DNA of 63,979 bases, counting the filler, from Ionaspis alba (taxonomy: Eukaryota), in NCBI GenBank assembly GCA_964255285.1. It is 4 parts of 4 records of this genome, joined end to end, with 100 filler letters (N's around TTAATTAATTAA, not from the genome) between each part and the next. Parts side by side here need not be neighbours in the genome. Positions count along the whole stretch, not along the records: positions 33,787 to 50,567 come from CAXUUL010000336.1; 3 more parts are not named here. One strand, 5' to 3'. Position numbers and translations under genes: made by a program. A model generated the notes under the pieces. That model saw nothing but the letters and a program-made list of their open reading frames with translations, did not search any database and was not told the DNA's origin. Below are positions 37,501-50,667 of the stretch, in pieces (the stretch's first letter is position 1; each line of letters starts with the position of its first letter).

Positions 37501-39814
37501 CCAATGATAAGGTTATTCCCATCTGCGTGGTGCGTAAAGGCAGACGAAGTGTACGAATAAGCAGGATGGTAAGTGTGGGGGTCGCATATCGAGAGGAAGG
37601 CGCGGGAGTGGAAGAAGCGCAGTCGCTAGAATTCCTCGCTACTTTCTACTCCTTGTGGGGAAGAGAAGGGAAACACAGAGATTGAAAAGAAGAGATTGTG
37701 GGACGAGGCTAACCCCGGGAGTGGCAGTAGAGTTCCCCGTGTGAGATCTATGCGACCCCATAGGTCCGGGGTTTGTAGATTAATTCATTCTCGTAGCATC
37801 GATTAATTCCTGGGAAGAGATGCAGCTTGCCGAAACGTGCTGAGAAGGCGCGGGAGAGAGCGAGAGCCAAGCGAATGATAAAAAGCAAATATAGCATCAG
37901 CTCTTCCTCCCTCTTTTCCCATGTCCCCTGCCTTGTCTAGGCTGACTGCTATCCCTTGATCTGCCTTTGCAGCGTTTCATTGGCGTTGTGGTGTGCTTTC
38001 TTCCTCATGTCGATTGTGTCTCATACCACTCCGGAAGGCGCGATAGCAGATCAGAAGAAGCTTATGCTCAACAACAGAGCTTAGCAGTATAGAGACGAAA
38101 CCAAACAAGACAAGGCATCGTCTGCTTTGGGAGATCGCCGTCCGCGACGAGATACACATCTTCCGATCGATCAAATATGCGTGGACGCCATCGACCAGAA
38201 ACGGCAAGTTGCATGCGCATTATTGCATTTCTCCTGATCGCCATGCCTGCATTTCCTGTAAAACTAGGGGAAATCGATGATGATCCGTCTCAATACCGAA
38301 TGTGCCAAAAAAGTTCCGGCTCACGACGATCGTTTCGATCTGCCCAGAAGGTTGCCAAATCCTGGGGAAATTGTTGAAACCTTTCCTTCTTCAGCTTCCA
38401 AAGCTTCCAAGCTTGGCTCCCGTAAGCGGCATCATAAGNNNNNNNNNNNNNNNNNNNNNNNNNNNNNNNNNNNNNNNNNNNNNNNNNNNNNNNNNNNNNN
38501 NNNNNNNNNNNNNNNNNNNNNNNNNNNNNNNNNNNNNNTCCTTCTTCAGCTTCCAAAGCTTCCAAGCTTGGCTCCCGTAAGCGGCATCATAAGACCCCTT
38601 TTGCCGCCGCTGATGCTGATGTTGGCTTTTTTTGGGTGGGGGCCACGAACTTTCCCGCAAACATGAGCTTTGAGTTGGAGCAGGTCTAGAACGTTAGGAA
38701 GGGAATTGTGCTGATAAGGATGAATGACTCTACAGGGTGTCGTTTGTTGACTATGGGTCGCGTAACCATCGAGATTTCACATGATAGGAATTCCGGCTGA
38801 ACAGGAGTCGATACCACCTTCTCAACGCGCAATATACGCCTGTCTTCCATCACATGTTTCCCGTGCTCCTTGCATGATTTGACACATGTCAGAGTTTTAT
38901 ATTGCATTTCTCAGCTCGATCGGACGGATTCGGAGTAATCTTGGGTGCAAGGTTACGGCCGCTTCGGCCCCGTATGCCGCTGCCGGCACTAGGATAGGCG
39001 TCTCGGGGAACTCGTCGTGCTGGGCTGCAGATGGAGATCACCCCAACCCCTTGAAGGCAGCTCCACATTTCCGCTCCGCTGAAATACTTGATTATAGTAT
39101 AGGATAGCTTTCAGTGAGGGTGCTCATTGCTACGTCAAGTGAAGAACGATCATAGCTCGATGGACGGGAAAACACCAGCTGGCATTGTCACGAGATGTCT
39201 TCTCAAATGGACTTGTGATCAGGGATTTCGACTCTTTATTTTATATCTCTGGATATTGTCACCAACGTCTCTGTTGATAGTCCTCGGATTGCCCCATCCT
39301 CCTCGACTCCTGTCTCGTATGTTAAGATGATTGCCACACCTTGCACTATAAGGACAATGTGAGCACTGGCGGTTTATGCCATACCCATCTTGTCCACCTT
39401 TACCGGTCAAGGGCACACATTCAAGCATTCCACTAAATGCCCTATGCCATGGTACAAGCAGTGTCCGTAACCCTAATTCCGAGCTTTCCAGGCTGAGAAA
39501 GAGTGGATCGCGGCTGTCCACGAAGCAGTTGGTCCGATGCCCTAGATCCCGGCATGATTGTTGGGATCCAGCGGTCTAGTTTTTGGTATTAGTATTTGAC
39601 GGAGTACGATGCCTCTCTCCGATCAAGTCCTTGCTCAGCACAACCTATAGTGTTGCCATAAGGCGCGGGTCTGGCCTCCGCTCTCGTTTCCCGTTATTGA
39701 TTTGAGCACTCCTTTACCCTCCACATCAAGGCCGTCCTTTACCCCGTAGGTGTGTTGTACACATAGGCTGATGGTGCCAGAATCTCAATGCTCCTTCGCC
39801 ACTGCAAACTCCTT
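34599..39814. promoter_or_regulatory. Long creA upstream regulatory region with multiple SYGGRG sites
   Basis: 5.2 kb with no credible gene in an otherwise compact contig. Many G/C-Y-GG-R-G hexamers (e.g. ~35740, 36045, 36055, 36542, 36588, 36746, 37081) and palindromic CCCCGGGG at 36200-36207. Confidence 0.5.
38384..38593. other. Assembly gap (100 N, 38439-38538) with ~55-bp duplicated flanks
   Basis: tccttcttcagcttcc...gcatcataag is repeated on both sides. Confidence 0.95.
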
Positions 39815-41251
39815 CTAAAACTTTTGACGACCTAATGACGGCTTCCAATCAAGCGGATGTGTTTCAGGTGTTGCCTCATCGTCCTCCTTCCATACCTTAA
39901 TCGTCTTGTCTGCCTCACCACAGATCAAACGAAGACCAGTCCGATCGTAAGTAGATGTAAAGATACCCGCCTCTGCTTCCAAGGAACCTGGTTGGGCAGT
40001 AGTATCTAGGGATTGAAATCGATGGCCCGTCTTCCAATCCCAAAAGCTGATGGAGCCATTATCACCTCCCGAGAAGAGAACATTATCCTCATTGACGCTC
40101 AAGGAATTGATGATGGCATTCTGTCCGTCGAAATTTTGCATAAAAGCACCTTCGGGACATTTCCACTGTTTGATGCTCCCAGTACTACCACTCGCAAAGG
40201 TGAACTCCTTGGGATGAACGGCCAATGCTCTGACACCTTTCTTGTGATGTGTCAACACACCCATAGTCTTCCCTGCAGCTAGATCCCACAACCGTACAGT
40301 CGAATCTAACGATGAAGTGATGACCTGTGGATCTGCTTCCTGGCACTTAAGGTCCGAGACAGTCTGTTTGTGGCCACTCAGTACATGGATGTTACTGCGA
40401 GTCCTCATATCCCAGACTCTTGCCACTCCATCACGGCCTCCCGTAACCAGCACATCAAGCGTAGGATGCAACGACAATGCGTAAACACCACTCAAATGTC
40501 CGTGATAGTGCCTGATCACTTTATTGGTTTCCAAGTCCCAGCACTTGACCATCTTATCTTCACCGCACGAGAACAAGTACGGATGTCGCGGAGACACTGC
40601 CAGTCCACGGACAGTAGAGATATGACCGGTCAACGTCAACCGTAGAGATCCCGAAGCTAGATCCCATATCTTGATAGTCCGATCCCCAGCACCACTCGCA
40701 AACCACTCATTCCCAGGCTCCACCGCGAGAGCTCGAACCCAGCCTAAGTGTCCAGATATCACTCGCATCAACTTCCACGGCGCATGCCAATCCGGCCTAG
40801 GCTGCTGAAATGTCTGCTTGCGTACCAGACTCGTAGAAGGAAGATTTCTCTGCGGCGTTGGGCCCTTCGCATTTGGCCCACCAATAGCACTGCGTAAGGT
40901 CAAGGCAGTCGAAGACCCTTGCGGTGCTTTCACAGAGAACTTGGCAGGTATTCCCTCAGTTATTTTCGCTGTTTCCGAATCCACAGGCGTCTCTTCCTCG
41001 GCCGGCAATTTCGTCCTCTTGCGCCGCGCAGCAGCAGATGCAACCGCGCCGGCTTGCTTCACTGCCAGTGCTGCTGGCAGCTCCCGGACTACTTCGTATT
41101 CATTCCGTATCCGTGAAGTCAGGCTCGCGCGTTCTGCTGGTACGTGCTGTGCAAGTGTGGTGGCATAGTCTGCGCCGAATATTTCCCTGGTCCGTTTGGC
41201 TGAGCGGTGGATCAGGGTCGTGGCTGAGGAGTTCGGAGCGACCTCGGCCAT
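39815..41251 (-). CDS. PRP46: Pre-mRNA splicing factor Prp46/PLRG1 (WD40)
   Basis: [24 protein letters not shown]40 repeats and [13 protein letters not shown]. Intronless; likely start MAEVAP at 41251. Confidence 0.96.
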   Translation of the reverse strand: MAEVAPNSSATTLIHRSAKRTREIFGADYATTLAQHVPAERASLTSRIRNEYEVVRELPAALAVKQAGAVASAAARRKRTKLPAEEETPVDSETAKITEGIPAKFSVKAPQGSSTALTLRSAIGGPNAKGPTPQRNLPSTSLVRKQTFQQPRPDWHAPWKLMRVISGHLGWVRALAVEPGNEWFASGAGDRTIKIWDLASGSLRLTLTGHISTVRGLAVSPRHPYLFSCGEDKMVKCWDLETNKVIRHYHGHLSGVYALSLHPTLDVLVTGGRDGVARVWDMRTRSNIHVLSGHKQTVSDLKCQEADPQVITSSLDSTVRLWDLAAGKTMGVLTHHKKGVRALAVHPKEFTFASGSTGSIKQWKCPEGAFMQNFDGQNAIINSLSVNEDNVLFSGGDNGSISFWDWKTGHRFQSLDTTAQPGSLEAEAGIFTSTYDRTGLRLICGEADKTIKVWKEDDEATPETHPLDWKPSLGRQKF

Positions 41252-41497
41252 GATGAGGTGATGTAACTTCGGAAAGGGGCGTTGACGATGTTTGGGACCT
41301 GCTGGGAGACGAGGATGGAGCTTATGATCAATACTTCGAATCAGAAGCGCGATCCGAGATGTCAGAGTTCCGAGAGCCGAGGTGGAGCCGAGAACAAACA
41401 TCAAATACAGCTCCAAAGATCCACTTATAACGAAATATCTACAGTGTCGATCCCAGTGTTCTCTGCGATAATAACAGAGTTCGCAGCAACGTCGGCA

Positions 41498-42612
41498 ATG
41501 GACTCTGAGCAAGAGTCTAAGTTTGCAATACATCAAGCAGCTCGTGAAGGCCGATGTACGATACAATTTACAACTAAAGCAGGCTTATATAGCTACAAAG
41601 CTAACAAACAATGACTAGTACTGGCAGTTGAATCACTGCTGAACGTGAGCGTTCAGTTCCGCTTATACTCTGAAATGCTAAAGATCTTTGCGAGGCCAAC
41701 CCTCGACTGGCAACCAAAAGAGACGACGACGATAGGCTACCCATCCACTGGGCTGTCTCCAACAACCACCTCCCCATTGTCGAATTGCTCGTCTCAAGGA
41801 AAGACTTTGATCCTGATGTTCAGGTACACCGATATCCAGGCTGGTGAGAGGCTCGCCAATGCAACGCTAATATATCATAGGATGGATCTGGCTGGACACC
41901 TTTAATGATCGCCTCGAGCCTTCAAGAAGGGGATGATCTAGTAGAGCTACTTCTCAAGAAAGAGGCCGATGTCAATGCCAAAAGTAGGAATCGTCAGCTG
42001 TAATTATCACTCTCTGCTGTGTTCTATGACTAACACATCATCGCCATCAAAGACTACAGCGGACAGGTCAGCAACTTGGGAATCTCTGCCAGTCAAGCAT
42101 TGTTGCTAATACGTTGTGAAGACAGCACTCCATTTCTGTGCCTCTAAGAACAATCTTGACGTCGCCCGCAAACTGATTGCCCACCAGGCGTCTGCTAGGG
42201 TCAAGGACAAAAGAGGTCAGCTTGCCCTTCACCGTGCTGCAGCCATTGGCTCAGTCCCGATGGTGAGTCTACTGCTCGAGAATAAGAGCCCTCTGAATGC
42301 CACCGACATTTCTGGCTATACAGCGTTGCATCATGGTAAGCGAAGCTGGAGAAGCCAGTTTAGTACTGTGTGACACAGCTGATTTTCTCGTAGCAATTTC
42401 CGAAGGTCATGGGGACACAGCTATGGTCCTGTTGAAAGCTGGAGCAGAAACTGATAAAAAGGACATTGATGGCTATCTGGCAATTGATCTCGCTCCTGAT
42501 ATGAAGGTCGGGAGCGCGTTTCAAGCCTTTCTCAACGTCATTTCTGACTTTGACACAGATCCGGAAGTACATCGTTCAGAGCGCGGAGCGTGAAGGTATC
42601 GATCTGGTCTGA
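41498..42612 (+). CDS. NAS6: 26S proteasome chaperone Nas6/gankyrin (ankyrin repeats)
   Basis: Spliced product IHQAAREG...DDRLPIHWA...GWTPLMIA...[12 protein letters not shown]...[10 protein letters not shown]...[14 protein letters not shown]. About seven introns, including very short exons. Confidence 0.88.
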
Positions 42613-42676
42613 TCGGCGACTTCGAGGTGCCGCGCCTTGTTGTCTTCCACGAATCAGCGGTAGCGGTCGGACTCGA

Positions 42677-45436
42677 TCATTTCATGGTACTCTCCACCAA
42701 ATCTCTGTACATCTGCTTGACATCCGCAATGTCGGCCTGAAGCTCCTCGACACGTTCGCTCTTCTCGCCCAGCATCTCAAGGGTCGTTTGGTATCTCTGA
42801 TTGATCTCCGACACCTCTTTTTCCAGGTTGACCAACTTGGTGTCTACCTTTCGCTTCTCCTCTGCTTCGCGCATCAATGCTACGACCTGATCACGAGCTT
42901 CATCTCGTTGAGCGGTTAGCCGGTCAAACTCATCCTTGGAAGCAGCCTTTTCACTTTCTAGTCGCCGGACTGCTGCGCTCATGCGCTCGACCAGCTGTAG
43001 AGAAGGTCCCGCCGCTGCTGTCGATACCGAAAACATGTCATTGACGGTCCGATCGGGGGTGGCTGGTGTAATTACACCATCAAAAAAATCCTCTTGCTGT
43101 TCGGTATTGATCGAAGGTGTCTCGGGAACGCCGTTATGTCCAGATTGCTGTAGAGTGGAGGACAGGGAGATATCTCTATACGAACCTTGATAGCCCAAAG
43201 CCTGAGACGGTTGTGTTGAAGACCGCCGGCTTACGGGGCGGTCAGTAAATGGTGTCGATGTACCTGTCAGTCCCAGTGCGGACCCAGCTTGATTGCGTCG
43301 ACCATGGGGACTGGCTCTATCCACGGGTGACTTCTTCCGACTAGACATGGCAGGAGATTCTGTACGCACATGAGAGAATGGTATCTCAGTCAACTGTAAA
43401 TCAAGCTCCCGTCGTTCAGCCTCAACTCGTTCCTCCATACGTGCTTGCCAACTCTCTCGCTCGATCTCCAAGGTTTTCTGAGTTTTAGTAATCTCTGCTT
43501 CGGCCTTTGCCAGAGACTCTTGCAGGCTGGCCACCTTTGAGATCTTTCCTGCAAGTTCTGATTCCATGTCTTGGATCCTAGTGGTAGCTTGTTCAAGCTG
43601 ATCTTCCAGCCGACGAGACTTTGCATTCTGAAGCATTATCAGCGAAAGACAGATTGAATGTGTAATAGACCTACAAGTTCTCGTGTTCTACGACGTGAAT
43701 CTGTCTCTTTCTTGGTAATGTCGTCTCGATCTCTTTCAAGACCTGCAATTCTTGCCAACAGTGATCCTTCTATGCCACGCCAATTCTCACTTGCTTCCGA
43801 ATATTGAGTCTGAAGCGTCTCGACCTGACGAAGTAGCTTGACCTGCGTGTCGCCCGACCTGCCTGAAGCAACCTCTTCAGCACGGGTGCGAAAGGTCTCG
43901 AGTCGACTCTCGAGCACCTAAGCAGTATTTAGCTACGCAGCTGATTCTTCATTCTGTGACCACTTACTGCAAGCTCGCCGCGCAATTCAAGTTCCGAAAT
44001 CTTGGTCTTCTCTCTTTCACGATCAAATTTCTCTTGCATTCCCCGAATTTGAGCCCGGTGACGCTCATCGCTGAGCTCCTTCTCAATCTTTGCATTGGAT
44101 AGATCGTCCCTCAGATCTGCTGTCAGTGCTCGTTCTGCTTCAAGAGCCTCGTTGATCGCCTTTCCGTTTCCCTTAGCATTCATCTCTTGGTTGAGCTGGC
44201 TCAGAAGGTTGGTAATTTGAGAAGCTCGAGAAGAATTATCAGCTTTAGCCTTCTCTAATTCCCTTTCGACTCTTTGCAGAGACTTCGCTCGGTCACTAGC
44301 TTCTCTGTGAGCTGCTTCAGCTCGCTTTGCTCTCTCTTGTGCAGCCTTCATCGATTTTTCCAGCTCATCAGCAGTTTTCTTAGTCAGATTTATACGCTTC
44401 TCATCCTCGGCTGATTTGGCTCGTAGCTTCCTGATTGTGTTCATGTGCTTCAGCTCAGTTTGCGAAAGATTTTGGCCTTCTTCCATGAGCAATGCGATCT
44501 TCTCTTCCTTTTCAGCTAATTTTTGCTCAGTACTGCCCGGCTTAGCCATTGCGGCGCCTTTTCTAGCAATTTCCGCCGCCTCTCGTGTCAGGTACTGGAG
44601 CTTAGCTTGAAGTGCATCGATACGCTCGGTATATTCATGAGTTTCTTCCTGCCGACGAAGCTCTGCTGCTTCGTAGTCAGACCGCATTTGATTTATGGAT
44701 TCTTGGTACTGCAATACCACTGCTGGAGAGATCTCATCCAGTTTCTCGTGCGAAGCCATCGTTTGTATGCCATTGGCTACATCCCGGGCAGAGTCCAATG
44801 AGGGACGTTCTGACCTTGAGCCATGAGAATTGATAGATGACGAATCAGGGAGAGGCGGGTCCTCCATTGAAGGGGCGTGCTCTGCCGTGGTAGATGATAG
44901 CTCATCCTTGAGAGAACTTGGTTCACTATCCACGGACTTCCGGCCAGCTGTCTCCGCGTTGGCAACCTCCGCTTCACTGACATTGTCGCTAGGAGCCGAG
45001 ATAACCACCTCGACCCTACTGTCAAGACTAGTTCGTTGACTCTCTGTTTGTTTTGATGGACTTGGGGTACGAGAAGGGAAGGTGGACGAGGTGTTTGATC
45101 GAGCAGAGTTTCGAGCTACCACTGCCTTTGCTAGACGCTCTTGTAGACGGTCATTTTTCTTACTTGTCGAAGACTGTCGTGATATGTCTGTTCGAATCAT
45201 TAGCGTGTATCGTCTGCCACGAGGACGTGTTGTCTACCTGTGCTGGACCTTGAAGCTGCAGGCAGCGTGGAAACGTCCTTTCGCTTTCCATAATCTGTAG
45301 TCTCCTTAGGCTTTGTAGCTCCGCTGTCATCGTCCGCCAGAATCGTGTCCAATCTCGACTCTACTCCGGCTACTGCCTGTTGAAGGAAAGAGCCCCATCG
45401 AGAAGTGGACTTGGTTGACGTGGGCTGAGAGGACAT
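42677..45436 (-). CDS. SGM1: Golgin Sgm1/TMF1-like coiled-coil protein
   Basis: N-terminal SRWGSFLQQAVAGVESRLDTIL, EKIALLMEEGQNLSQTELKH and C-terminal YQTTLEMLGEKSERVEELQADIADVKQMYR (TMF-type). Three introns. Confidence 0.9.
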
Positions 45437-45885
45437 CACGCAAGCAGAAAATCAATCGACAAGCTCCTCGTATCGTAGTCGAGGTAGTCTTCTTCTTGGT
45501 TCTAGATTGAGCCACGAATTCGCATTCCGCTCCAGGCACAGCATCTCGGGCGCATTTCCTTCGGCCTCAAGAAACGGTATTGTTGGGTCGGTGAGCTGGG
45601 CTAGTTGCGAACGACAAACATGGGCACGCTAAGCTGTCAGAAGAGCCATTGCCGTAAGCAATAGTACTCACTGGCAAAAAGTTATAGAATTGAACAACAT
45701 GGGATCCTTGCGGATGACAGTAAATTACGCTCGGAGTACCATGTTCCTGGAATTTTGATCGTACCCGATAATTCTCCGAGCCTTATTCTAACGGCGTCCA
45801 TACGTCTACCATCAATAACGACGAAAAAACAATCTCCAATTCGTCGTGCATCTTGCTTGACTGGGAATCAAGAAACTTCTGCATC

Positions 45886-47159
45886 ATGGCCATTGCGGTA
45901 TTTGTCAAGTAGTGCTATAGGGTGATGGAGGCTGATGTTGTCCCATCAGGCCGTCGGGCAGCTATGCTCCACAGCATCTATGGCACATAATCTACAACAA
46001 TGTAGGGNNNNNNNNNNNNNNNNNNNNNNNNNNNNNNNNNNNNNNNNNNNNNNNNNNNNNNNNNNNNNNNNNNNNNNNNNNNNNNNNNNNNNNNNNNNNN
46101 NNNNNNNGTCGGGCAGCTATGCTCCACAGCATCTATGGCACATAATCTACAACAATGTAGGGTCATAGTCGATAAAGCAATATCTGCAGGCGCGAAAGTC
46201 CGTCCTGTTTCTCTCTTCTGGATTATGGTGTAGTGCGAATCGATTGACTCGTCCATATTCCTAGGCTCTATTCCTCCCTGAAGCATCCGATTACATTGCA
46301 GCTTCGCCTGCCGAGACTATATCTCTTGTGCGATCAGTTGGTGACAGTGCTTTTGTCAGAGGATTGCAAGATGAGGCTCGAATTGCGCAATTACCTATTA
46401 ATGTTGGAATTCATGAACCAGCAGAAGGGGGAAAGAAAGTAAAGAATACTCTGATATGGATTGATGGCAGTGGGGATATTGTACAGAGATACCAAAAGAT
46501 TCATCTGTTTGACGTTGACATTAAAGATGGTCCCTCGTTGAAAGAAAGCAAGTATGAAGTAAAGTTAACCTGTCGAATGGCGGACGGAGTGCTGATAGCA
46601 CCAGGAGCGTTGAAAAGGGGATGCAAATCTTGCCGCCATTCGATACACCAGTTGGTCGTGTTGGTCTTACTATATGTTTCGATGTATGTCTATCTCCACA
46701 AGTTCTGTCCTCCGGGTGATATGCACGCTAGAGGATCTGATTCAGACCTCCAGCTACGATTTCCCGAGATCAGTCTTTCCCTGAAGAGACAGAATAGTCA
46801 AATCATAACCTATCCCTCTGCGTTCACTGTTCCGACTGGTCGATTACATTGGGAAGTCCTCCTTCGCGCGCGTGCCATTGAGACGCAGTCCTATATAGTT
46901 GCAGCTGCACAAGCAGGCGCACATAACGAAAAGAGGACTAGCTACGGTCATTCGCTCATTGTTTCTCCAAGAGGAGAAGTCCTAGCAAGCTTGGACTCCA
47001 GCCCCGAACCGGACATTGCTGTTGCAGATATTGACCTGAGCCTAGTGGAGCAAGTAAGACGAGAGATGCCACTACTTCGTCGGACGTTAGTCTCGAAAGA
47101 GTTTCTATGTTTGAGTTCAACTACTAATATTTGACAGCGATGTGTATCCTGAGGTCTAA
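45886..47159 (+). CDS. NIT2: Carbon-nitrogen hydrolase, Nit2 (yeast)/Nit1 (mammalian) deaminated glutathione amidase type
   Basis: ALFLPEASDY, YQKIHLFDVD, LTICFD/LRFPE, PSAFTVPTG, LLRARAIETQSY and RTSYGHS. 12-nt first exon. Contains an N gap with duplicated flanks. Confidence 0.88.
45952..46162. other. Assembly gap (100 N, 46008-46107) with ~55-bp duplicated flanks
   Basis: gtcgggcagctatg...caatgtaggg is repeated on both sides; collapsing it restores the NIT2 exon. Confidence 0.95.
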
Positions 47160-47601
47160 TGTGTGCGTTGTGCTAACATCTTATCTAATAACGGGAGGAG
47201 AAGGATGTCTTCAATTGTGGCTGCTCTTCCTACCATAACATCGAATGTATCTGGGTCGATTGATGCTTACTCGACGAGCTGCGGGAAGTAGAACTTGGGG
47301 GAGAACGTTTAACAGTGGAACATACTTTATACTGTAACGTGCAAAGAAGTGTAATCATTTGCCGGTAGAGTCAAGTGGTTCGCAAGTGAATAGATTGTCT
47401 AACGTATCTCATCCCCTGCATTCATTGTGATAAAATACCTTGACAGTATTGACCTGCTAAAGTACCTTCTGTTCGAACCATTTTCTCGTCAAAAACCGAC
47501 GTCATCCTTGCTCGGGTTTCTAGGGTTGTCAGAACCCAAACACTTTCTGATAAACATCCAATTCCTCCAACGGAAGCTCCTTTTGTAAACTTCGTCTCAC
47601 A

Positions 47602-48547
47602 ATGTCTCCACTCGCCGGACAGCCAAAAGGTCTTATAGATTTCGAGCAGAAGTCCCTTCTAAGTACACGAGACACCTCCTGTTATAACCACAGAATCATA
47701 CAAGCTGAACGCACCGTAGTATCTGCCGCTTCTATTGCTTTCAATCCTGTATTCTGGAAGTATGAGCTCTCTGAACCCTCGACTCGGGACGATGCTCTGA
47801 CCAATTTTTTAGTACTGTCGCCCGACAAGGTATATAGCCCTCGATCCAACTCATAGAGTATCTTCACCAGCTAAGTACTCACTGCTAGAATACCACAACA
47901 AAATCCTCACTCGCCTCTTCAATGGCAACTCTCGCCTCGGCTGCTATGGCCTCGCAGTCACCATATTCTTGATCGGCATATTCCGAGATGCGCTGTACGG
48001 CTCCTATCGATTACCCACTCCCACTGCACCACCAAACCAATTCCCCCCTCTACTGCCACAAAATGGACCGCTGATCTCCACGCCTCCTTCAGCTACGAGC
48101 GCGCCCTTCGCCAACAACCCTCCCACCCTTTCCTCCAAAACCCTCTCTCCACCTACACCGCATATGGCCTGATAGCCACAGGCAATGTCCTTGTACTAAG
48201 CAGCATGTACGCCCTGGGCATCACAGGCACATACCTAGGGGACTACTTCGGAATCCTGATGTCGGAACGGGTAACATCGTTTCCTTTCAACATAACGGGT
48301 GCGCCGATGTACTACGGGTCGACGCTGAGTTTCTTGGGGACCGCATTGCTTTATGGGAAGCCGGCCGGGATACTGTTGACGATGGAGGTACTGGCGGTTT
48401 ATTTGGTTGCTTTGAGGTTTGAGGAGTAGGTGTTCCAATTTCGTTGTCGTTAGTACAAGGAGCCTACGGCTGATTGATCTGAGCAGTCCCTTTACTGCAG
48501 AGATATATGCGAAGAGGGAGAGAGAGGAGAAGAAGAAGTCGAAGTAA
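47602..48547 (+). CDS. OPI3: Phosphatidyl-N-methylethanolamine N-methyltransferase
   Basis: SIAFNPVFW, EYHNKILTRLF, SSMYALGITGTYLGDYFGILM, PMYYGSTLSFLG and EEPFTAEIYAKR. Several short introns; stop TAA at 48545. Confidence 0.92.
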
Positions 48548-48857
48548 GGGATAAGGAGATGTGGTCAATTCAACATTTGACGTCGGATTCACTTAGAGCG
48601 GAGAAGAGTCGACGGATAGAACCCCCTGATTAGGGTGGATGTACAGGATTGCAAAAGATGAGGACCCGAGCGGAAACAACAAAGAGAAGATTTCAACATT
48701 CGACGAAGCAAAGATAGACTAGAGGTCGATAAATCTAAAAGATCCAAAATGCATGATGAATATCGACAATAATTGCTCCCCAATATATGCGATTCAAAAT
48801 CAGGATGGGTATCATGCCGCATCATTCCTCCAGGTTCACAAAATCCCCACCCAACTC

Positions 48858-50552
48858 CTACTGCGCTCCTCGTCTCCCCCTCGTCTTCTTTCCCTTATCC
48901 GCACTCTCATCCTCCTCATCCATCTGCCCTTTCTTCAACGCCTCATCCAAGCCCCAAGCCTCCTGATCATACCAGTCCTCGCCATCACTCATTTCACCAA
49001 CATGTCCCTCGGCCTTGCACCACGCAAAGACAGTCTTCCGCATCCGATCCGCCTTCAGCAAGCCCTCGTACAATCTTTCAGCACCGCGGACGACTTCTTC
49101 CTGCTTCTGAACGAACATGGCCAGGACACGACGCGTTTCTTCGGCTTCGACGTGGGGGAGGCCAATATCTCGGTCTGGTACGGCGGACGGTGGGATGATG
49201 AATAAGGGGTGGATGTAAGGTGGAGTTGATGAGTCGTGCGATGGAGACCTGGTGGGCGCGGATGGTGTCTTGTCGTCGGATGCTGCCTGGGCTTGGGCTC
49301 GAGTCCGCATACGAGTCGGTGGTGCTTGGACGTCTTCCATTTCTTCGTCTTCTGCAGGCGGTAGTGACTCAATAGTCGCAGTGTCGTCTGTCGGAGCTCC
49401 CTCTTCGCCTTTAGATAGCCTCTGATCAATATCAGACGGTTGTTGCATATCTTGATTTGCACGGCTAACAGCGTTAATAATATTCATTGGCGTAGGAGAA
49501 CGGTTCTCGCTGGTTGGTTTGGGCCCTCCGCCGCTAGGATCTTCTGCAATGGGCTGAGGCTCCTTGTCAACTTCTTCCGGACCAGATGGCATGGAGGGAG
49601 TCGACTTTCTGTTCGCATCAGCACTAGCGTTGGCGGCAGGATCTATGTTTCCATTTAGATGGTCGCTGTTATCACCGTTCAAGGTAGTATCGTAGCCATT
49701 CGAAACCGAATGGACGTGACAGCCAGAGGTTTCTCCAAGAAGGCCTTGTGTGACGCCGTTGTTTAAGGTCTGAGTCGTCACATGTGCTGGATCGCCAAAG
49801 AGTTTAGCGTCACCATCGGACAAGAAAGTGTCGCAAGGTATCCAGGTAGCACAGCCCCGCAGTTTCGTCAATAGATGCTTGATATCCCAGAGAGTTTTTC
49901 GCTCTTTGTGAGCCATTTCGCAAGCCTGCTGTACCATCCCTGGGAGGACGTCAGACTTGTACGGAATTGACAAGGACGGATGATTGGGTAATTCGGCGGC
50001 TGCTGTCAATGGCATGAGTAGTTCTGAAGACATCCTAGTTGTTAGCAATCTATGCCAGTTGACCCGTGTTGCGAGCGATCACAAACCTTCGAGCTTAATC
50101 TCGCTATAAGGATTTCTATCTGCTGCGTCCGCATCTGCTTCTTCGTCTACCTCATCGTCCTCCAGCTCGTCTCCGTATTCATCGTATCGCTTAGGGTTTG
50201 TGCTTATAATGTACCGTTGGTATCCCGCATACTCGATTTTCTGTAGACAAGTAAGATATCAGCTTCTGTCTAGAGGAAGAGGATTTAGATGATATCACAG
50301 ACTCTCTTGTAAGACTTTTGTCCGCTCAAATGTCCTGCATGCATGTATTTCGCTTTCCTCTTCAACTTGTTTCCACGATTCGTGGGTTTCGGAGGTGAAT
50401 CCTCGGACTCAGAATTTGCTTGAAAGGCTAGGTTAGATTGATGAAAGTTTATAGAGGTAGGAAGCAAGATGAGGCTTACAGGAGTCATGCCTGTGCAGAA
50501 CTCTTTTCATGCCAGCTATCGTGTCTGCGATTAAGGCTGCTTGAGCAGCCAT
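48858..50552 (-). CDS. RXT2: Rxt2-like subunit of the Rpd3L histone deacetylase complex
   Basis: MAAQAALIADTIAGMKR, TNRGNKLKRKAKY, LLMPLTAAAELPNHPSLS and GLPHVEAEETRR...WCKAEGHVGEMSDGEDWYD. Three introns. Confidence 0.8.
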
Positions 50553-50567
50553 TATGGGCTGTGCGTT

Positions 50568-50667
50568 NNNNNNNNNNNNNNNNNNNNNNNNNNNNNNNNN
50601 NNNNNNNNNNNTTAATTAATTAANNNNNNNNNNNNNNNNNNNNNNNNNNNNNNNNNNNNNNNNNNNN
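50568..50667. other. Artificial contig linker N44-TTAATTAATTAA-N44
   Basis: Third identical linker. Confidence 0.97.

Noticed and set aside
41252..41566. N-terminal extension of the PRP46 ORF
   Set aside because: It overlaps the divergent NAS6 exon 1 and promoter; MAEVAP at 41251 is the more plausible start.
9389..46162. ~55-bp direct repeats flanking four 100-N gaps, which could be taken for target-site duplications or LTR ends
   Set aside because: The uniform length and position exactly at gap edges, even inside NIT2 coding sequence, indicate unmerged k-mer overlaps from the assembler.
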